NCBI GenBank assembly: GCA_041488255.1
Contig: JBGPOV010000006.1
Location: forward strand, 14,096-78,095
Source of the DNA: Gammaproteobacteria bacterium
GTDB lineage: Bacteria > Pseudomonadota > Gammaproteobacteria > Burkholderiales > SHXO01
DNA length: 64,000 nucleotides
Reading direction: 5' to 3'
Shown: positions 58,655 through 64,000 of the stretch, piece after piece
Position numbering within the stretch: the stretch's first letter is position 1
How the letters are laid out: each line of letters starts with the position of its first letter
Program-made: the position numbers and the translations under genes
The notes under the pieces: model-generated
Told to the model about the DNA's origin: nothing
Databases searched by the model: none
The model's input: the letters and a program-made list of their open reading frames with translations, nothing else

Positions 58655-60112
58655 GTGGACACTGCCGCACCGATCAAACCCGATCTGCTCATCGTTGACG
58701 ACGATCCGCTGATCACGGATACGCTCGATTTCGTATTGGGCCGGGACTTTAACGTCCACGTGGCCGACTCGCGGGCGCAGGTGAAAAGCTTGCTCCGCCA
58801 GCTCGAAACCCCGCCCGAACTGGCACTAGTCGACTTGGGGCTGCCCCCCACGCCCCATCGACCCGACGAGGGCTTCCGGCTGATCAACGAATTGCTGGCG
58901 CTGTCGCCGGACATCAAGATCCTGGTACTGTCGGGCCAGAACGACGAACAAAACGCGCGCCACGCGCGGGCGCTGGGTGCAATCGAGTTTGTAACGAAAC
59001 CCTGCGAGCCCGACCGGCTGAAAGAGCTGCTGCTGAAGGCGCGCACCATCACGGCGGCCGAACGGGTTGCCGAAGGCGTCGAGCCGGGCATTATCGGCTC
59101 CGGCCCGGCCATCGCGAAGCTCAAGCAACAGATCCGTCAATATGCGGACTCGCCCTTCCCGGTGCTGATCGAGGGCGAGTCCGGCAGCGGCAAGGAGCTG
59201 GTTGCCGTCTCCCTGCATCGGCAAAGCCCGCGCGCCATCAAGCCGTATCTAGCGCTCAACTGCGCCGCCATCTCTCCTAGTCTGGTGGAGGCCTCCCTGT
59301 TCGGCCACGCCAAGGGCGCGTTCACCAGCGCCAACACGGCGCGCGCCGGCTACTTTGAGGACGCGCGCGACGGCAGTCTGTTCCTGGACGAAATCGGTGA
59401 GCTGCCGCTGGAGTTACAGGCAAAGCTGCTGCGCGTGCTGGAGAACGGCGAATATCAGCGGGTGGGCGAGACGCAGGGCCGGCACAGCCAGGCGCGCGTT
59501 ATCGCCGCCACCAACCGCGATCTGCGCCAGGAAATCAAGGCTGGCCGATTCCGCGCCGATCTTTACCATCGGCTCAGCGTGTTCACCGTAACGGTGCCCC
59601 CGCTGCGGGACCTGGGCGACGATAAGCGCAAACTGCTCGGCTATTTCGCGGAATTCTACGCGGAGCAAAGCGCGGCAGCTGCGTTCAAGCTCGATCCCCA
59701 CGCCGAGCAGCTATGGATGGATTATGCCTTTCCGGGCAACGTGCGGGAGCTGCGCAACATCGTCATCCGCCTCACCACCAAGTACGCAGGCGAAACAGTA
59801 AACAGCGAGCAGCTACTGGCCGAGCTGGACCCGGAGGAAGGGCAGGAGCCGTCGACGACCGCCTTGCAAGCCGATGATCACCGCAGTGCCGTGGAGACCG
59901 CCAAACGGCTGCTGCTGACGCAGAGGAATTTCCGCTTGGACGAAGCTCTGCGGCGTTTGGAGCGCAGTTACGTCGAGGCGGCTCTGGCTCTCACCAATGG
60001 CAATTTGAGCCAAGCGGCCAAGCTGCTCGGCGTACATCGCACCACGCTGTACAGCCGCATGCAGAACTACGGTGCGCAGATCGCGAACGAGCGTAACGCG
60101 CCTGATCAATGA
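58655..60112 (+). CDS. sigma-54-dependent response regulator (NtrC family; PrsR-like receiver)
   Basis: GTG start. REC: LLIVDDDPLI...LALVDLGLPP...ILVLSGQND...FVTKP. AAA+ sigma54 module: VLIEGESGSGKELVA, GAFTSA, LFLDEIGELP, RVIAATNRDL. C-terminal Fis-type HTH: NLSQAAKLLGVHRTTLYSRM. Confidence 0.9.
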   Translation: MDTAAPIKPDLLIVDDDPLITDTLDFVLGRDFNVHVADSRAQVKSLLRQLETPPELALVDLGLPPTPHRPDEGFRLINELLALSPDIKILVLSGQNDEQNARHARALGAIEFVTKPCEPDRLKELLLKARTITAAERVAEGVEPGIIGSGPAIAKLKQQIRQYADSPFPVLIEGESGSGKELVAVSLHRQSPRAIKPYLALNCAAISPSLVEASLFGHAKGAFTSANTARAGYFEDARDGSLFLDEIGELPLELQAKLLRVLENGEYQRVGETQGRHSQARVIAATNRDLRQEIKAGRFRADLYHRLSVFTVTVPPLRDLGDDKRKLLGYFAEFYAEQSAAAAFKLDPHAEQLWMDYAFPGNVRELRNIVIRLTTKYAGETVNSEQLLAELDPEEGQEPSTTALQADDHRSAVETAKRLLLTQRNFRLDEALRRLERSYVEAALALTNGNLSQAAKLLGVHRTTLYSRMQNYGAQIANERNAPDQ

Positions 60113-60122
60113 CCCACGACCG

Positions 60123-61649
60123 ATGTACTACGCTTTCTTCGGGCTGAAACAGCCCCCGTTCAAGATCACCCCCGATACCGACTTCTTCTTTGAAGGCGGC
60201 AATCGCGGTGCGGTCCTCGAGGCCCTGATCTACGCTGTGACCCACGGCGAGGGCATCGTCAAGGTCACCGGCGAAGTGGGCAGCGGCAAGACGATGCTCT
60301 GCCGCGTGCTGCAGGCGCGCCTGCCGAAGTCGGTCGAGGCCGTGTACCTGGCCAACCCCAGCGTCTCGCCTGAAGAGATCCTGCATGCCATCGCCTTCGA
60401 GTTGCAGCTGCCGATCGCGCGGGACGCAGGGCGGCTTGTCGTTATGCACGCCCTCAACGAGTACTTGCTCGCGCGCCACGCCGAAGGCCGACAGGTAGTC
60501 ATCTTCCTCGAGGAGTCCCAGAGCATGCCGCTGGCCACGTTGGAGGAGATCCGGCTCCTGTCCAACCTCGAGACCAAGCAGCACAAGCTTCTGCAGATCG
60601 TGCTCTTCGGGCAGCCGGAACTGGACGAGAATCTGGGCAGGGCGCAGATCCGCCAGCTGCGCGAGCGGATCACCCACAGCTTCTCACTCGGGCCCCTCAA
60701 GTCAGAGGAAGTGCGGGCCTATATCGCGTTCCGCCTGCGTGCGGCCGGCTACCACGGGCCCGACCTCTTCGCTCCGGCCGTCATCCGCTACATGACGCAG
60801 GCCACCGCCGGACTGACCCGGAGAATCAACATCGTGGCTGACAAAGCCCTGCTCGCTGCCTTCGCCGAGAACACTCACAACGTGACGTCGAAGCACGTCC
60901 GGGCCGCCGTTTACGACAGCGAATTCAGCAGCAGGGCGGCCCGCCGCGGTAGAAGCAGTTGGTTAGCGCCCACTGCGGCCTTTCTGCTGGGGGCTCTGGC
61001 CGTTGCCGTGCTTTACCTGGCCTACAATCGCCTCGCCGACAACGCGGCGGCCCGTGTCCCGGGTAGCAATGTGACTGCGGGGCACCCACTTGTCCTCGAA
61101 CCCCGGTCGGTGAAGCCGATGACCGGCGGTCCGGTTCCGAGCGACCAGCCCGCGGCATCCGACACGCCGAACGCACCAGCGGTTCAGACGATGCAGACGC
61201 CGCCGCTGCAAGCCCCGACCCCGGCTGCGCTTGGGCCCCCCCCGACGGCAACATCCGAAGCGTCAGGGGACCCGGACCGATTCAAGTTGAGCCCCAGCCT
61301 GTCCCCCCATAGCGACCTGTTGGAACAACGCTTGCTTGCGACCGAGCGCTGGTTAGAGGAGGCGCAGGGGGACACCTTCAGCATTCAACTGCTGGGGTCA
61401 AACGACCCCGCGCTCTTGAGGAACTATTTCGAAACCCTTGGCAAATATATTGAACTAGAAAAAGTTTTTGTGTACCGTACCCTTGCGAATCAACAGCCGT
61501 CCATGACGGTTTTATACGGAGCCTTCGGCAACCGGGCGGACGCCGTTAGATCCCTTGAGGCGCTGCCCGACGAGCTGAAAGTCAACCGGCCCTACATTCG
61601 CACGGTACAGGGCATTCGTTCCGAGATCGGCCTGAGGAAACCGTCCTAA
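60123..61649 (+). CDS. ExeA/GspA/MshM-like AAA ATPase with TM segment, Pro-rich linker and C-terminal DamX-type SPOR-like domain
   Basis: ATG at 60123, 10 nt after the regulator stop.
- N-terminus: MYYAFFGLKQPPFKITPDTDFFF.
- Walker A: VTGEVGSGKTML.
- Also LLQIVLFGQPELD.
- TM: WLAPTAAFLLGALAVAVLYLAY.
- C-terminal domain: FSIQLLGSND...VFVYRTLANQQPSMTVLYGAFGNRADAVRSLEALPDELKVNRPYIRTVQGIRSEI. Confidence 0.8.
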   Translation: MYYAFFGLKQPPFKITPDTDFFFEGGNRGAVLEALIYAVTHGEGIVKVTGEVGSGKTMLCRVLQARLPKSVEAVYLANPSVSPEEILHAIAFELQLPIARDAGRLVVMHALNEYLLARHAEGRQVVIFLEESQSMPLATLEEIRLLSNLETKQHKLLQIVLFGQPELDENLGRAQIRQLRERITHSFSLGPLKSEEVRAYIAFRLRAAGYHGPDLFAPAVIRYMTQATAGLTRRINIVADKALLAAFAENTHNVTSKHVRAAVYDSEFSSRAARRGRSSWLAPTAAFLLGALAVAVLYLAYNRLADNAAARVPGSNVTAGHPLVLEPRSVKPMTGGPVPSDQPAASDTPNAPAVQTMQTPPLQAPTPAALGPPPTATSEASGDPDRFKLSPSLSPHSDLLEQRLLATERWLEEAQGDTFSIQLLGSNDPALLRNYFETLGKYIELEKVFVYRTLANQQPSMTVLYGAFGNRADAVRSLEALPDELKVNRPYIRTVQGIRSEIGLRKPS

Positions 61650-61745
61650 CCGGACCGCTCAGGCCCCGGCCGGCCGCCCGGCGGCGCACACTACAGGCGC
61701 GCCGCGGGCCTACACGACAGCTACCAGTCCTCAGACTAGGCGAGA

Positions 61746-63602
61746 ATGCACAATCGCGGCTTCGGCCACCCCGGAGGAACAGTGAACGCTCGAAAGACCA
61801 GCGGCCCGAGGCAGGCCAGCGGAACCCCGAGGCGCGCGGACGTCTGGTGTGGCGCCGTCGGGCTCACGCTGCTGCTCGCGGCCTGCGCCTACAAGCCTAC
61901 GATCCCGCCGTCCACGGGTCACATCAGTCACGAGTCGGTGGCGCCGCCCGGGGAGGCCGAGAAAATCCTGCCGCCGGTCACAAACGCCACATACGTGCCG
62001 CCGCCGACGCCACGCGCGAAGACCCCGACTTACAGCGTCGTGGTGCACGAGGTGCCAGTCAAGGAACTGCTGCTAGCTCTCGCTCGCGACACCAAGGAGA
62101 ACATCGACATCCACCCTGGGCTGCAGGGACTGGTAAGCCTGAACGCAATCGACGAAACGTTGCCTTCGATCCTGGACCGCGTCGCGAAGCAGGTGAACAT
62201 GCGCTACCGGGTCGAGGGCAAGACCATCGTGGTGAGTCCAGACACGCCGTACTTCAAGACGTACAAGGTCAACTACGTCAATATGACGCGCGACACCGCC
62301 TCCAACATTGCGGTGAGCGGACAGATCAGCGGAGCGGGGGGCGGCGGCGTGACGACTGCGAGCGGGGGCACGTCCTCGACTTCGGTCATTACCACCTCGA
62401 AGAACAATTTCTGGGAAGTGCTTTCGGAGAACCTACACAGTCTCCTGAAGTCCACGCGGGCGCTGGCACAGAGCGCGGAGGACCGCCAAGCGCAGGCCGA
62501 AGCCGCGCGCGCGGCGAGAGAGGAGCGGCTGGCGCAGGCCGAGGCTGTAGCCCGTGCGGGCCAGAGTGCCACCAACCTGTTCGAAAAGGTGTTCGGCTCC
62601 TCCCCCTCCAGTGCTGTCACCGACGTCAAGCAGGACATCGTGGTCAACCAGGTCGCCGGCACCGTCTCGGTTATGGCGACCGAGCGGCAGCATCAGCTGG
62701 TCCAGGAGTACCTGAATGCCATCGGGTCCTCGTCGCAGCGGCAGGTGCTGATCGAAGCGACGATCGCAGAGGTCTCGCTATCCGACCAATATCAGGCGGG
62801 CGTGGACTGGAGCAAGCTGGCCATTGGTGCGGGCTTCGGCGTGAGCCAGGCGTTGAGCACAGCCACGGTCATCGGCGGCGCTCCCGCGGCCGGGCTGACG
62901 CTTAGCTACTTGAGCAATACCAACGGAAACGGCGTGTCGGTTACCGTCAAAATGCTGGAGCAGTTTGGCAAGACGCGGGTGCTGTCCAGCCCCATGCTCA
63001 TGGCGATGAACAACCAAACCGCGCTTCTCAAGGTAGTCGACAACATAGTGTATTTCCAGATCCAGTCGCAGATCAGTCAAGGTTCCGCGACCTCAACCAA
63101 CCTTCAGTCCGTTACAACTACCCCGCAGACCGTGGCGGTTGGCTTCATCATGAGCATGACCCCGCAGATCAATGACAACGGCGTCGTTACCCTCACCGTG
63201 CGCCCCACCATCTCGCGGGTTGAGCAGTTTGTTCCCGATCCCAACCCGGCACTTACCACGGCCCCGAACGGTCAACCGCTGAACCCTCCGCTGAAAAACC
63301 TGGTGCCACAGATCACGGTCCGCGAGATGGAGTCGGTGCTCCAGCTGGTGAGCGGGCAGACCGCTGTCCTAGGCGGGCTCATCACAGACGATGTCAAGCG
63401 CGCCACGGCTCAGATCCCTGGGCTCGGGAACATACCGCGGGTAGGTGAAGCCTTCCAATACCGTGACGATACCGTGGTCAAGAGCGAGCTGGTGATCTTC
63501 ATCCGACCGACGGTTGTGAAGAACCCTTCGCTCGACAGCGAAGAGCTCAAGCACCTGCGCAAGTTCCTCCCGGAAGTGGACCAGACCGGGCAGAATCCAT
63601 GA
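61746..63602 (+). CDS. secretin (type II/type IV-pilus family; MshL-like lipoprotein)
   Basis: Lipobox LTLLLAAC/AY. N-domains: VHEVPVKELLLALARDTKENIDIHPGL. Secretin core: QVLIEATIAEVSL...FGKTRVLSSPMLMAMNNQTALLKV...VLGGLITDD...IPGLGNIPRVGEAFQYRDD...ELVIFIRPTVV. Confidence 0.9.
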   Translation: MHNRGFGHPGGTVNARKTSGPRQASGTPRRADVWCGAVGLTLLLAACAYKPTIPPSTGHISHESVAPPGEAEKILPPVTNATYVPPPTPRAKTPTYSVVVHEVPVKELLLALARDTKENIDIHPGLQGLVSLNAIDETLPSILDRVAKQVNMRYRVEGKTIVVSPDTPYFKTYKVNYVNMTRDTASNIAVSGQISGAGGGGVTTASGGTSSTSVITTSKNNFWEVLSENLHSLLKSTRALAQSAEDRQAQAEAARAAREERLAQAEAVARAGQSATNLFEKVFGSSPSSAVTDVKQDIVVNQVAGTVSVMATERQHQLVQEYLNAIGSSSQRQVLIEATIAEVSLSDQYQAGVDWSKLAIGAGFGVSQALSTATVIGGAPAAGLTLSYLSNTNGNGVSVTVKMLEQFGKTRVLSSPMLMAMNNQTALLKVVDNIVYFQIQSQISQGSATSTNLQSVTTTPQTVAVGFIMSMTPQINDNGVVTLTVRPTISRVEQFVPDPNPALTTAPNGQPLNPPLKNLVPQITVREMESVLQLVSGQTAVLGGLITDDVKRATAQIPGLGNIPRVGEAFQYRDDTVVKSELVIFIRPTVVKNPSLDSEELKHLRKFLPEVDQTGQNP

Positions 63603-64000
63603 GTTTGCTGCTCCAAGCCTTGCAAAAGGCGGCGAAGAATCGTGAGACCGTAGCGCCGGCGCCGGAGCCCGTCGACACCGAACCCTCTCGGCCGGAGCCG
63701 GCCGAGAGCGCGCTTGCGGCCGACCTGAGCGTCGAAGCGGCGCCGGTGCAAAAGCCGAGCGAGCCGGAGCTGGCGCTAGAGGATGAGGAGCTGTTCGGGC
63801 CTGATGAGATAGCCCCCGCAACCGCCACCGAGCGCTTCGAGCCCTTTGCGGCGCCGTCCCCATCCTCGGTTCAAGCCGCGACCATCCTCCGGGCAAGCGA
63901 AACGCAGACCGCCGGCTGGGTCGACTGGGTGCGCGATCACCCCGTGCACACATTCGCCATGGTGGCTGGCGTTTTCATGGTCTTCTACGGCACCTACGTC
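63599..64000 (+). CDS. GspB/MshN-like secretin-associated protein, N-terminal part (continues beyond window)
   Basis: The ATG overlaps the secretin stop (ATGA at 63599-63602). The N-terminus MSLLLQALQKAAKNRE resembles the GspB/MshN-type opening. An acidic/Pro-rich linker follows, then the start of a TM segment (HTFAMVAGVFMVFYGTYV) at the window edge. Confidence 0.55.
   Translation, partial: MSLLLQALQKAAKNRETVAPAPEPVDTEPSRPEPAESALAADLSVEAAPVQKPSEPELALEDEELFGPDEIAPATATERFEPFAAPSPSSVQAATILRASETQTAGWVDWVRDHPVHTFAMVAGVFMVFYGTYV

Overview
High-GC (~65% by eye) chromosomal segment. The gene order, mlaFEDCB / ABC-2 pair / ibaG / murA / hisGDCBHAFIE / HIT / tatABC / degS-like / rplM-rpsI / argC / bactofilin pair / erpA / tyrS / ispH, is what I associate with Betaproteobacteria; this is inference and no search was run. 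All calls come from reading the supplied translations and checking start and stop codons in the DNA. The ORF track renders GTG/TTG starts as M, and many listed ORFs are N-terminally over-extended or are shadow ORFs of real genes.

I support 61 CDSs, two intrinsic terminators, two sigma70-like promoters and several repeat or hairpin elements. I found no rRNA, intact tRNA, CRISPR array, transposase or integrase.

- **Core genome:** 28.1-64 kb is mostly conserved core genes.
- **Candidate signalling cluster (18.9-27.8 kb):** this same-strand cluster is the part most worth a second look. It encodes a pseudo-receiver/LuxR/cNMP-binding regulator, a CHASE2 class III cyclase with non-canonical specificity residues, a 1121-aa FecR-TPR-outer-membrane-barrel fusion, an orphan 103-aa Cys-containing ORF and a large DyP-type peroxidase. 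G+C falls toward its 3' end. I read it as a candidate, undescribed envelope-to-transcription cyclic-nucleotide pathway.
- **his operon repeat array:** an ~835-bp array of degenerate tandem repeats and REP-like hairpins sits between hisF and hisI. It re-copies the hisF stop-codon junction.
- **Other items:**
  - a dedicated ACP/KAS/LpxL-type acyltransferase trio next to an orphan squalene-synthase-like gene;
  - a DUF748 giant protein coupled to a secreted 11-mer-repeat protein;
  - a histone-H1-like/SWIB fusion;
  - a sigma54-regulator/ExeA-SPOR/secretin/GspB-like module at the right edge.
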